IMG/VR virus record: IMGVR_UViG_3300021959_000022 | Span: 1-64,000 of that record | Origin: a virus | Length of the DNA: 64,000 nucleotides | Direction: 5' to 3' (one strand) | Position numbers and translations under genes: made by a program | Notes under the pieces: generated by a model | Database searches by the model: none | What the model was told of the DNA's origin: nothing | Seen by the model: the letters and a program-made list of their open reading frames with translations, nothing else | Part shown: positions 54,733 to 64,000 of the stretch, in pieces | Layout of the letters: each line of letters starts with the position of its first letter | How positions within the stretch are numbered: the stretch's first letter is position 1

Positions 54733-56131
54733 ACTTCCTTCTAACACTTTCTGCATACTGCCATGGATGCATCTATCCACGAGACCGGATGGGTCAATGC
54801 GTGTGTGTTGCACAGCCAATGCATCTTCCGTGGGGGCCACAAATGACAAAAAGCATGGAGGACAGGTAGGCATCCTCAAAGACGAAGAGGGTAGACCAAA
54901 CAATTTGAATGTGAGTGATTTCCTTTCTTCTTGGAATTCTACATACATGAAGAATGTTCGCAAACAGATGTTGGCAGGCGAACAACCGCCATCATGTTTG
55001 AAATGTTATAAGGAAGAGGCCGCAGGACACAGAAGCAAAAGGCAATGGGAAACAGAGTATTGGCTGAACAACGGTGCCGATCTCGAGACTCTGATAAAAG
55101 ACACAACTCCCGAAGGAGAAGTACCGCCGCGTTTGGAATACATTGATTTGAGATTCGGCACCAAATGCCAGTTGGCCTGCATCATGTGTTCACCACATGA
55201 TTCTTCGGGTTGGATCAAGGACTGGAAGGCAGTGTTCCCCAAGGTGCAGAATCCCGAACTTAAAGAAATCATGCAGTGGGAGAACAAAGGATCCACCAAC
55301 AATTCATCCTACAATTGGCACAAGAACAATCCTACATTCTGGAAGCAGTTCTATGATCAAATTCCACACATGAAACAGGTTTACTTCGCTGGCGGAGAAA
55401 GTTTGATCATTGAGGAACATTATGAGATATTAGAAGAGATCATCAGGCAAGGTCACAATGACAGGATCGAATTGCGATACAACTCCAATGGTGTTGAATG
55501 GCGTGATGACTTGTTCGAACTATGGAGCAAGTTTAGGAAAGTTCGATTCCACTACTCGGTTGATTCGATAGGTGCAATGAATGAATACATAAGGTATCCT
55601 TCCAAGTGGAAACGCACAGAAGAAGTGTTCCACATACTGGACAAACAAACCACAAACAACGTAGAAGTCACAGTGGCGTGTGCAGTCCAACTGCTGAACA
55701 TCTATTACATTCCAGACTTTATCCAATGGAAACTTGAACAGGGATTTAATAAAATTAACATGTGGCCGTTTGGTGCAGGTGGTATCAACTATCATTTTGT
55801 GTATTGGCCGGGACATCTCAATGTCAAAGTATTGCCCGAGTGGTTCAAGAAGAAATGCAGAGACAAGTATGAAGCATGGTATCCATGGTGGGAAAAGAAT
55901 TGGGAAAAGGGAATTCCAACATGGCACGAAGGCAAAGTCGAACACAGCGAATGGCGTGATGCAAACTATGGCATCAAAAGATTAGAAGGAATGCTATCTT
56001 TCATGGAATCGGAAGACTGGAGCCAAAGGCTGCCACAGACAAGAGAGTTCTTGCAATTGAACGATGCTCACAGATCAAACTCTTTTGCAGACACCTTTCC
56101 GGAAATGAAGGACATATTCCGTGACATCTAA
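54722..56131 (+). CDS. radical SAM enzyme with N-terminal SPASM/twitch-like domain (#6)
   Basis: FCILPW...RVCC...SCLKC followed by CQLACIMC and FAGGES. Confidence 0.9.
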   Translation: MSNKLPSNTFCILPWMHLSTRPDGSMRVCCTANASSVGATNDKKHGGQVGILKDEEGRPNNLNVSDFLSSWNSTYMKNVRKQMLAGEQPPSCLKCYKEEAAGHRSKRQWETEYWLNNGADLETLIKDTTPEGEVPPRLEYIDLRFGTKCQLACIMCSPHDSSGWIKDWKAVFPKVQNPELKEIMQWENKGSTNNSSYNWHKNNPTFWKQFYDQIPHMKQVYFAGGESLIIEEHYEILEEIIRQGHNDRIELRYNSNGVEWRDDLFELWSKFRKVRFHYSVDSIGAMNEYIRYPSKWKRTEEVFHILDKQTTNNVEVTVACAVQLLNIYYIPDFIQWKLEQGFNKINMWPFGAGGINYHFVYWPGHLNVKVLPEWFKKKCRDKYEAWYPWWEKNWEKGIPTWHEGKVEHSEWRDANYGIKRLEGMLSFMESEDWSQRLPQTREFLQLNDAHRSNSFADTFPEMKDIFRDI

Positions 56132-57329
56132 AGTACCATCAACAGTTTGTGCGGCACCTTGGATGCACTTCGCAGTCAGTACTCATCCTGACGGATTTAT
56201 CACAATGCCTTGTTGTAGATTTAGACTGGGCAGTGATTCGGAATATCGCAAACACAAGTTCCAACAGCCAGAACTCGCTGTAAGCCAGAGAGGTTACTTC
56301 GAAGACATAAGGCAGAGAATGTTGGCCGGGGAAAAATTAACCGGTTGCAACAAGTGTTGGCGTGAAGAAGAGCACAAAGGGTACAGTTATAGGACGCTCA
56401 TGTTCGACCGACTGGGCATAGATGAGATCGATCACCAAGCAGGATTCAATCTCAAGTATTTGGAGATTTTCTTTTCAAATTTATGCAACCTATCATGCAG
56501 GATGTGTGATATAATGCAGTCCAGCCAATGGGCAAATCTATACAATAATGCATTTATACCCGCTGGTATCACAGACAATCAAGTTGTGCCCGAAGAATAT
56601 TTGGACGAAACCGGGCGTGCCAAGACCAGTCCTGTGAGCTTTGATTTATCACTCTTAGACAAACTGGATCTCAGTGACCTCATCGAAGTCAAGATACTTG
56701 GCGGAGAACCAATGATCACTCCGGATCACTTGGTGTTCTTGGAAAGATTGATGAAGGACAGCAAACAACCCAACAAGATAAAATTGGTGTATCACACCAA
56801 TGCCACCAAACGACCACCCAAGCAAGTGGTAGATTATTGGAAACAAATGGAAAAGATAGAAATCGTTTGTAGCATCGATGGTTACGGAGAGGTCAACGAA
56901 TACCAACGGATAGGTAGCAACTTCGATACGATCCAAGACACGATCGATTGGTACAAATCACTGGACGCAAACATTGAACTGAGAATACATTCTACCATTA
57001 GCCTTTTGAACGTGTGGAAGATCGATGAATTGGTAAAATGGAGCAAGACAATCACAACTGAGAACATATCCTTCGACTTCGTACAACGACCGTCCTATTT
57101 GGATGCAACCATAATGCCTGATGAAGCCAAAGTTAAGTGTAATGAAGTGATCCAAAATTCAACCGATCTTTCACAATCACAAAAGCAGTTTATTCTTGCA
57201 TATTTGAATTCTAAAAGTTATAATATACCGTACTGGAAGGAGTTTTGGAACAGGATGACAGCGATTGACAAATACACCAAACAGTCATTGAAAAACATAG
57301 CACCACAATTAGAGGAATACAGAATATGA
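56121..57329 (+). CDS. radical SAM enzyme with N-terminal SPASM/twitch-like domain (#7)
   Basis: VCAAPW...PCC...GCNKC followed by CNLSCRMC and LGGEP. Confidence 0.9.
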   Translation: MTSKVPSTVCAAPWMHFAVSTHPDGFITMPCCRFRLGSDSEYRKHKFQQPELAVSQRGYFEDIRQRMLAGEKLTGCNKCWREEEHKGYSYRTLMFDRLGIDEIDHQAGFNLKYLEIFFSNLCNLSCRMCDIMQSSQWANLYNNAFIPAGITDNQVVPEEYLDETGRAKTSPVSFDLSLLDKLDLSDLIEVKILGGEPMITPDHLVFLERLMKDSKQPNKIKLVYHTNATKRPPKQVVDYWKQMEKIEIVCSIDGYGEVNEYQRIGSNFDTIQDTIDWYKSLDANIELRIHSTISLLNVWKIDELVKWSKTITTENISFDFVQRPSYLDATIMPDEAKVKCNEVIQNSTDLSQSQKQFILAYLNSKSYNIPYWKEFWNRMTAIDKYTKQSLKNIAPQLEEYRI

Positions 57330-58381
57330 CCATAGCGACCTACACAGAATTCCAACCGTTAAAAGAAGTATTGGTTGGATCAGCATTTGAAACATCTAAT
57401 TTTGATCATGTTGAAGATCTTGAAGCAAGAGATCTGTTCAAACGAGTCTTTGAGGAAACCAACGAAGATTTGGAAACGCTGTGTGGTATTTTAAAACAAG
57501 CAGGTGTGACTGTACACAGACCCAAACAAATATTCAATTTCAGTGAAGAACAAACAGTGATCACACCATGGATGAAATCTTGGTTTCCAAATCACCCATT
57601 GATGCCAAGGGACATAATGGGAGTGTATGGTTCCAATGTGGTTGAACACTTCACCGGTGATGCTGGAAGATTCTTTGAGAACCTGGCATATCAACCCATC
57701 AGCAGATCGTTGTATGACAGGGGTATGAGATGGCTGAGCATGCCGATGCCGTATGTGACCACAGACAAGATCCCATACAAAGACATGAACAACAGCCAAA
57801 TCTTTTATCATGCCGCAAATGTCATCAAATGTGGCAAGGATCTATTTTACAGCCTTCCCGGCGATGTTGATTTCGTTAAAGGCAAAGGCACTTCAGCAGG
57901 CATAGAATGGCTACAACGTGAGTTGGGCGATCAATTCAGATGGACAAAGATTCCAACTGGCGGCCACGCGGACGGCAAAATTGCACTGTTAAAACCCGGT
58001 GTGTTGATGACCTGGAACAGGAATTGGGTTCCAGAGAAGTTGCAGGATTGGGACATCATCGAAGTCAGATCCGAAACCGAACTGCCAAATGAAATACAGT
58101 ACATGAAAAAACAGAGATACTACAAAAACTTCATCCAAGAATGGTTCTCGCATTGGATAGGTTGTGTGGAAGAAACTGTGTTCGATGTCAATGTGTTTTC
58201 CATAGACGAATCCACAGTAATCTGCACAGGCAAGAATCAGTACGCATTCCGTAGGATGGAGAAGCATGGCATCACCCCTATATATTGGAAGTTCAGACAT
58301 CAATATTTTTGGGATGGCGGCATACACTGTGTCACACAGGATCTTGTGAGAGAAGGCAATCAAGAGGATTATTTTGCTTAA
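57326..58381 (+). CDS. amidinotransferase family protein, paralog of 1197-2270
   Basis: EFQPLKEVLVG, MPRD, GGHAD and FWDGGIHCVTQDL motifs. Confidence 0.85.
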   Translation: MTIATYTEFQPLKEVLVGSAFETSNFDHVEDLEARDLFKRVFEETNEDLETLCGILKQAGVTVHRPKQIFNFSEEQTVITPWMKSWFPNHPLMPRDIMGVYGSNVVEHFTGDAGRFFENLAYQPISRSLYDRGMRWLSMPMPYVTTDKIPYKDMNNSQIFYHAANVIKCGKDLFYSLPGDVDFVKGKGTSAGIEWLQRELGDQFRWTKIPTGGHADGKIALLKPGVLMTWNRNWVPEKLQDWDIIEVRSETELPNEIQYMKKQRYYKNFIQEWFSHWIGCVEETVFDVNVFSIDESTVICTGKNQYAFRRMEKHGITPIYWKFRHQYFWDGGIHCVTQDLVREGNQEDYFA

Positions 58382-59702
58382 GAGCCAATTAAAATATGAC
58401 ATACTTTTAGACTCGTTGGGTCATACCGACGGCACTCTACTGCAACCATCACCTCGATGCATCGCTCCATTCTTGTGCCTCACAATAGATCCCAATGGAG
58501 ATGTTTTCACGGACTCTGTGTACAGATTGGCATTAGGCAATCTGCATGAACAGTCTCTCAAGGAAATCTGGGAAGGCGACACTTGGAAACAACTGAGGCA
58601 GGATCAGATAGACAGGAAGATAAATCCTGGGTGTGTTGATTGTGCAAACAAAGACAAGATGATAGGCCACAGTCGTAGAAGATTCTATGACACTTTTTTT
58701 ATGTACAGGATGCCACGGAATCAAATGGAACCGATCACAGACGACCAAGGCTGGAATCTCACCCTAAGACCCAAAGTGACAGATTACAATAATCCCAATT
58801 TCCTTTATCTCGATATCAGCACATCAAACAAGTGTAATTTAAAATGTGTACATTGCAGAGGAGCCGTCAGCACAGGATGGATACCCGACGAAAAGAAACT
58901 TCAAAAGTCTGACATCAAGGATTTGAGGATGAACAGGTTTGGTGTGTACAGCATGGAAACTGATGTGATTGATAAGATATTCCAATTTCCAGAGTACTTT
59001 AAGAATCTAAGATATGTTGCACTGCGTGGCGGTGAACCCACATACGAAGCCAAGAACAAGATCATCCTCAAAAAATTGATCGATCTTGGTTGGAACAGCC
59101 AGATCACCATAGACATTTCGACCAACGCCACAGTGAACGACGAGGAATTCATGGACCTGTTAGGACAGTTTGAAAGTGTGATGCTCTACATCAGCATCGA
59201 GGGAGTCGGTGAAATGTATGAGTATTGTAGAGGTGGCAAGCAGTACAAGATAGACGATCTCGAGAAGATGATATTCAAATACGCAAACTTGCGAAACAAC
59301 GAAATTTGTGTTACATTTACAAGCATGGCCACAAACATATTCAACATCAGGGCAACTTGGGATTGGCTACAGAAGTACAGGGATTATTGCACCTTCTCAT
59401 TCTCCAACACAGTGAGCCAGCCGGAATATCTCAGCCTTGGAGCATTGAACAATGAAATGAGGAAAGAAGCATACGACATGATACAGGACATACACGAAGA
59501 CATGCCATGGCCGGGCGAGTTCAACAGAAGTTATCAAGCGGGGATAGACAAGTTGAAGGTCAATCTCAACAAGCCTGAGCTACCGAACTGGCAAACATAT
59601 TTTAACAATTTCAAAAGGTACATCACTGCCATAGACAAAGTGAGAAACACAGACTTTTTAGAAATAGAACCAACATACAGGAAATTTTGGGAGATAAAAT
59701 GA
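58374..59702 (+). CDS. radical SAM enzyme with N-terminal SPASM/twitch-like domain (#8)
   Basis: CIAPF...IDPNGDV...LGNL...L.EIW...GCVDC followed by CNLKCVHC and RGGEP. Confidence 0.9.
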   Translation: MLKSQLKYDILLDSLGHTDGTLLQPSPRCIAPFLCLTIDPNGDVFTDSVYRLALGNLHEQSLKEIWEGDTWKQLRQDQIDRKINPGCVDCANKDKMIGHSRRRFYDTFFMYRMPRNQMEPITDDQGWNLTLRPKVTDYNNPNFLYLDISTSNKCNLKCVHCRGAVSTGWIPDEKKLQKSDIKDLRMNRFGVYSMETDVIDKIFQFPEYFKNLRYVALRGGEPTYEAKNKIILKKLIDLGWNSQITIDISTNATVNDEEFMDLLGQFESVMLYISIEGVGEMYEYCRGGKQYKIDDLEKMIFKYANLRNNEICVTFTSMATNIFNIRATWDWLQKYRDYCTFSFSNTVSQPEYLSLGALNNEMRKEAYDMIQDIHEDMPWPGEFNRSYQAGIDKLKVNLNKPELPNWQTYFNNFKRYITAIDKVRNTDFLEIEPTYRKFWEIK

Positions 59703-60640
59703 GCAACAAATTCTCGGGACTTTTTAAAGACTACTTGGGCACTACTGGCAACAGCACTACCATAGAACCACCCTTTAAATTCTTACAGGATCATGTCAAG
59801 GAACATGGATGGTTCAATATCGATTACGATGTACAAGACGAGTATCTGGACACTTTCACACAATGGATCAAGTCTTCCAAGTTGAACAAGGTGGAAGGCC
59901 TCGACACTTTTCCATTCAAGTATGTGAGCCTTGGTGCCACACAAACACTGGATTGGTTCCATTATGAATGTGCAAGGAACAAATGGCGACTCAGAATGCT
60001 CAGAGGCGAGTACCCGTACAACAGAGATGTACATGAATTCTATTGGGAATGGTTCATAGACGATGAAAACGAACCACTACAAAAAAATGATGCGGTGGTG
60101 ATGAGTGTGCCTTTTTCTGGTGCAGGTCACATCCATCCGAGGTATTATGAAATATTAGAAAAGTGTGATCAACTCAATATTCCTGTTATGATTGATTGTG
60201 CATGGTTTGGTACTTGTTATGGTCTTGAGTGGACTTTGGATTTCAACTGCATCAAAGTGGTTGCTTTCTCCACAACCAAGGGTTTGGGCACAGGACAATT
60301 CAGATCTGGCATCTGCTACACCAAATGGAAATACGGCCCGATGGCTGTGCAAACAGAATGGCATCATGGCATCCATTTGAACACATATGTTGGTAACATG
60401 CTGATGAAAGAATTCAGTCCTGACACTGTGCCAAACTTGTACAGAGAATCTCAGCACGAGGTGTGCAAATACTTTGGTTTAGTACCATCGCCCACAATCC
60501 ATATAGCATCTGGCAGAAAACCAGATTGGGATTTTTTCCATAGAGATAGTTCATACAACAGAATCAACATAAGGAAGCCTGTGTTTGACTATTATAAAAA
60601 TAAGTTTTATAATGTAGTTGAGGAAAGATTGAATGGCTAA
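59699..60640 (+). CDS. PLP-dependent (aminotransferase fold type I-like) enzyme
   Basis: GATQ, VMIDCAW (Asp contacting PLP) and FSTTKGLG...RSG (Schiff-base Lys); ATGA overlap gives start 59699. Confidence 0.7.
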   Translation: MSNKFSGLFKDYLGTTGNSTTIEPPFKFLQDHVKEHGWFNIDYDVQDEYLDTFTQWIKSSKLNKVEGLDTFPFKYVSLGATQTLDWFHYECARNKWRLRMLRGEYPYNRDVHEFYWEWFIDDENEPLQKNDAVVMSVPFSGAGHIHPRYYEILEKCDQLNIPVMIDCAWFGTCYGLEWTLDFNCIKVVAFSTTKGLGTGQFRSGICYTKWKYGPMAVQTEWHHGIHLNTYVGNMLMKEFSPDTVPNLYRESQHEVCKYFGLVPSPTIHIASGRKPDWDFFHRDSSYNRINIRKPVFDYYKNKFYNVVEERLNG

Positions 60641-61430
60641 CTTAAGATACATCACCTGTTGCAAGAATTACAGACAGCAAATTATCGAACGATTCAGACC
60701 TGCACAAAAGATACCAAAGTTCTTCAGCAAGAGCGAAATAGAAAAGATAAGGCTGTATCAATTTCAAAATGCACACAGAGCCAAGTTTCAAGAAACAGCA
60801 TCCAACATACAGTCTGTAGTTGATATGACAGACATGTTTAAAAAGATGCCATGGTTGCAGTATAGATTCGAAGAATTATTCGGCAGGGGAGAATTTTCTA
60901 CTGAACACAGCGGTAACTTTTACATCACCACACAGCCACACGATTGCCACGTTGATTTGCCCACTGAGGATGAACACACATATAGATGGTATGACAACAT
61001 GATTCCGTGGAAGAGTGTGATTATTCCTCTGTTCTTAAGACATGGAACTAAAGCTTGGACAGCATTTTACAAACAAAGACGCATTGGCTATTCAGTGACG
61101 TTTGACAGAGATTTTTCCAGCAGTCAAGATAATTCTGCATACAGGATAGCAAGAGTGTATGATGGACTTATTGATCAGTTCGGCAATCCCACAGATCCTG
61201 AAAAAGATTATGGACAGTGGAGCGAACAAAGATATCCACATGTGTCACAAAATAATTTGAGAGGTTTCGAAGAGGAAACAATATTAGAACACGAAACAGG
61301 AAGTTTATTTGTGTTTGATGCTTGTCAGATACATGCCAGTGTGCTTCACGATGGTAAACCTGCCGACTGGATGAAGAACGGAATCAACATACAATTTTAC
61401 AAATATCATGACAGTTCAAAAGAGTTTTGA
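60633..61430 (+). CDS. 2OG-Fe(II) oxygenase-like protein
   Basis: HVD (HxD), SVIIPL and GSLFVFD..QIHAS motifs. Confidence 0.5.
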   Translation: MANLRYITCCKNYRQQIIERFRPAQKIPKFFSKSEIEKIRLYQFQNAHRAKFQETASNIQSVVDMTDMFKKMPWLQYRFEELFGRGEFSTEHSGNFYITTQPHDCHVDLPTEDEHTYRWYDNMIPWKSVIIPLFLRHGTKAWTAFYKQRRIGYSVTFDRDFSSSQDNSAYRIARVYDGLIDQFGNPTDPEKDYGQWSEQRYPHVSQNNLRGFEEETILEHETGSLFVFDACQIHASVLHDGKPADWMKNGINIQFYKYHDSSKEF

Positions 61431-61881
61431 TGAGTTCAGAGATAAGTTTCTTGCATGGAGCGAATCTCACATAGAAAAGGTGAAACCCAACGGGTTTCCT
61501 GTTTGTCCATACGCAAGAAAAGCCAGACTGGGCAATGAGATACAGTTCATTGATGCACGGGAAAATATAAACTCTTGTGTGGACGAATTAGATCTCAAGA
61601 AATACATGATAGCCATATGCTGGTTGGGAGACGAGATGGCATACACCCAAAAATACATCGACAAGAAGATCAAAGAGTTTTCAGAAGATCCCAAGCACAC
61701 CAATCTATTATTCTTTATCAGCAATAAAGAATCAGGTGCTTTTGTTAAGAACTTTACCAACTGCATATTTGTGCAGATCAAAAGCGATATCATGAGCAGG
61801 AGAGCCTATCTAAAACACACTAATTACTACGATAATTGGCCTGCGGAGTATTACAAGTACATTACAGGCGAGGACAAGTAA
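61408..61881 (+). CDS. DUF1415-like hypothetical protein, paralog of 3041-3544
   Basis: W....IE....PVCPYARKA and C-terminal L..TNYYD.W..E shared with 3041-3544. Confidence 0.55.
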   Translation: MTVQKSFDEFRDKFLAWSESHIEKVKPNGFPVCPYARKARLGNEIQFIDARENINSCVDELDLKKYMIAICWLGDEMAYTQKYIDKKIKEFSEDPKHTNLLFFISNKESGAFVKNFTNCIFVQIKSDIMSRRAYLKHTNYYDNWPAEYYKYITGEDK

Positions 61882-61892
61882 AACACCGCTGT

Positions 61893-63143
61893 ATGACGCT
61901 TAAACCACCATTAAAACAGCAGATATCCGAGGATCCTACTGCTGATATATCGCCTACTTTCTGCGTGTTACCTTTCATGCATTTGGCAACAAACGCCAGT
62001 GGCAAGTACAGAGTTTGCTGTAATTCAACACCTGGTAAAAACCATATTGTTGATGAGAACAATGAACCCATGAAATTAGATCAGCACGACATAGAAGAAG
62101 TTTGGAACCTTCCTTATTATCAAAAAATCAGACAGCAGTTTATTAATGGAGAACGTCCTGAAATTTGCCAGAGATGTTTTTCAGAAGAAGATGCGGGCGT
62201 TAAAAGTGCGAGGCAGAGTTACAACGAATCATGGTACAATGACACCATAGACATCCAAACAGAGTATGCTCATCCTGATATAAGATACATTGATCTAAGA
62301 CTGGGCAATCTGTGTAATTTAAAATGTAGGATGTGCAATCCGTATGCAAGTTCACAGTGGGTGAAAGAATGGAACGATGTCGTTAGCACAGCAGAATTGG
62401 TGCCCAATGAAAAATTACCCGAAGATGAAATCAAAAGGCTATCCAACATGGACTGGTTTGAAAACAGCAAGGTATGGGATAACATTTCTAAAATTGCTGA
62501 CTGCATAGAAGAAATATATCTGACCGGAGGAGAGCCGACACTCGCCACAAAACAATATGACCTGTTCCAATACTTGCAGGACAAGGATTTCGCCAAACAC
62601 ATACGTTTGAAATACAACACCAATCTTACAAACATTCCGGACAGGATGGTTTGGTACTGGCACTTCTTTAAAATGGTCAAGATAAATGCTTCAATAGATG
62701 CTGTTGGAGATTTGGATAGGTACGTGAGATATCCATCTTCGTGGAACAAGATTGAAGAAAACTTTAAGAAACTGAGAAGACTTAGAAACACCAGACTCCA
62801 GATTCATTCTACCGTGCAGACTTATAACATCTTAGCACTTCCTAAATTGTATGAATGGTGCGATTCCATCATGTTCGATGATGTGTACTTAAATATTTTA
62901 AATCATCCCAAGTGCTTGAACATAAAAACACTACCTTTAGAGTTGAAAAAATTAGTTGAGGAAAGACTTCAACCATACACAAACAGGCCAAAGGTCAAAC
63001 AAGTCATCCAATACATGTACTCTGAAGATTGGTACGCAACGTACTGGAAGGAGTTTGTTGATTACACAAACGCCCTTGATAAAAGCAGAGGAGAAAATAT
63101 CTTAGATTTAGTTCCTGAGTTCAAGGAGTTCTGGAATGTCTAA
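61893..63143 (+). CDS. radical SAM enzyme with N-terminal SPASM/twitch-like domain (#9)
   Basis: FCVLPF...RVCC...ICQRC followed by CNLKCRMC and LTGGEP; ATG 61893 preferred. Confidence 0.9.
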   Translation: MTLKPPLKQQISEDPTADISPTFCVLPFMHLATNASGKYRVCCNSTPGKNHIVDENNEPMKLDQHDIEEVWNLPYYQKIRQQFINGERPEICQRCFSEEDAGVKSARQSYNESWYNDTIDIQTEYAHPDIRYIDLRLGNLCNLKCRMCNPYASSQWVKEWNDVVSTAELVPNEKLPEDEIKRLSNMDWFENSKVWDNISKIADCIEEIYLTGGEPTLATKQYDLFQYLQDKDFAKHIRLKYNTNLTNIPDRMVWYWHFFKMVKINASIDAVGDLDRYVRYPSSWNKIEENFKKLRRLRNTRLQIHSTVQTYNILALPKLYEWCDSIMFDDVYLNILNHPKCLNIKTLPLELKKLVEERLQPYTNRPKVKQVIQYMYSEDWYATYWKEFVDYTNALDKSRGENILDLVPEFKEFWNV

Positions 63144-64000
63144 CTTGGCAACATCGGAATACGATTTCAGTGCGATTCCGTTTGATGATATCGTTAGTGT
63201 TGGACAAAGGACACTGCTGTACAGAGATATATTTTCTGTGAGTTGGTTGTTGGGGAGATTTTGTAATTACAGATGTTCGTACTGCTGGCCATACGCCAGA
63301 TCCAACACCAAGGACCATAGACCAACTGAGTTGTGTTTACAAACCATCGACGAAATCAAAAGACAGGCCAGGGAAAGATCATTCAATTCATTCCATTTTT
63401 CATTGAGTGGCGGCGAACCAACCTTCCATCCCGGATATCTGGACATAATGAAGCATCTTGCAGATGATGTTTCCAACACCAACTACACATCTGTACACAT
63501 GACATCCAATTGTTCAAGGCCGATGAAATGGTTCGAAACATATGTTGATCATGCGTCTAAGTTTCACAGGGCATCCATCACTGCCAGCCTACACGTGGAA
63601 CACGTCAACACTCCCGACCGCATGCAGGACTTCGCCGACAAGTTAATTTACTGTCAAGAACACGATGTGCAAGTCACTATCAATATGGTTATGGTTCCGG
63701 AATCATTTGATCGCTACTATGAAAATGCTTTGTTCTTCCACAACCAAGGCATAAATGTCACACTCAAGCCACAGTCGGACACCACCGCATCTAAGATTGT
63801 AGACGGCTACACGGATGAAATGAAGGAAAAATTATACAACGGCATGCCGCAGAGAGCATTCACTGAAGTTAAAAACAAATATGTCATGAGACCCAAACCC
63901 AAATTCCCTATAGAATCAAAAGAAAACATCACTCACAACACGGAAGTTCCGCAACACTTTCAAGTGGAGTTCCAAGATTCCAAGGGCAAGAAATGGTACA
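63136..64000 (+). CDS. radical SAM enzyme (#10), 3'-truncated by the window edge; absent from the ORF track
   Basis: Translated by hand from ATG 63136: MSNLATSEYDFSAIPF...VSWLLGRFCNYRCSYCWPYARS...FSLSGGEPTFHP...TSN; no stop seen before 64000. Confidence 0.85.
   Translation, partial: MSNLATSEYDFSAIPFDDIVSVGQRTLLYRDIFSVSWLLGRFCNYRCSYCWPYARSNTKDHRPTELCLQTIDEIKRQARERSFNSFHFSLSGGEPTFHPGYLDIMKHLADDVSNTNYTSVHMTSNCSRPMKWFETYVDHASKFHRASITASLHVEHVNTPDRMQDFADKLIYCQEHDVQVTINMVMVPESFDRYYENALFFHNQGINVTLKPQSDTTASKIVDGYTDEMKEKLYNGMPQRAFTEVKNKYVMRPKPKFPIESKENITHNTEVPQHFQVEFQDSKGKKWY

Noticed and set aside
1205-63482. Many short antisense or alternate-frame ORFs in the track (e.g. 1422-2249, 36730-37329, 52493-53176)
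   Set aside because: They lie within well-supported genes and lack motifs; expected shadow ORFs.
1-64000. tRNA, rRNA, integrase or transposase genes
   Set aside because: None recognised by eye; a tRNAscan/Infernal run would be needed to exclude atypical ones.

Overview
64 kb from a large tailed dsDNA phage of the T4-like/jumbo myovirus type; no bacterial housekeeping genes are seen. Left to right: (i) a ~400-nt hairpin-dense non-coding block (772-1175), likely a minus-strand structured RNA; (ii) an accessory cluster with an amidinotransferase, an arginyl-tRNA-protein-transferase-like GNAT, a DUF1415-like protein, a GIY-YIG protein, a Na+:solute symporter, a sulfotransferase-like protein and a methyltransferase; (iii) gp46/gp47 (gp47 has a 1-nt frameshift) and a gp55-like late sigma factor; (iv) a contractile-tail baseplate module (tube-like, gp53, hub, gp5, PAAR, gp25, gp6, a 4261-aa giant protein, two paralogous fibres); (v) a >25-kb tightly coupled modification cluster running off the right end, with at least 10 radical SAM enzymes, 4-5 glycosyltransferase-like proteins, three 2OG-Fe(II) oxygenase-like proteins, a second amidinotransferase, a PLP enzyme, a nitroreductase, an SGNH-like protein and a methyltransferase. 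Best candidate for an undescribed system: a phage-encoded glycosylation/radical-SAM tailoring pathway, possibly acting on the adjacent virion proteins, which are enriched in D-S-[S/T] motifs. All family calls are motif recognition by eye; no database searches were run.
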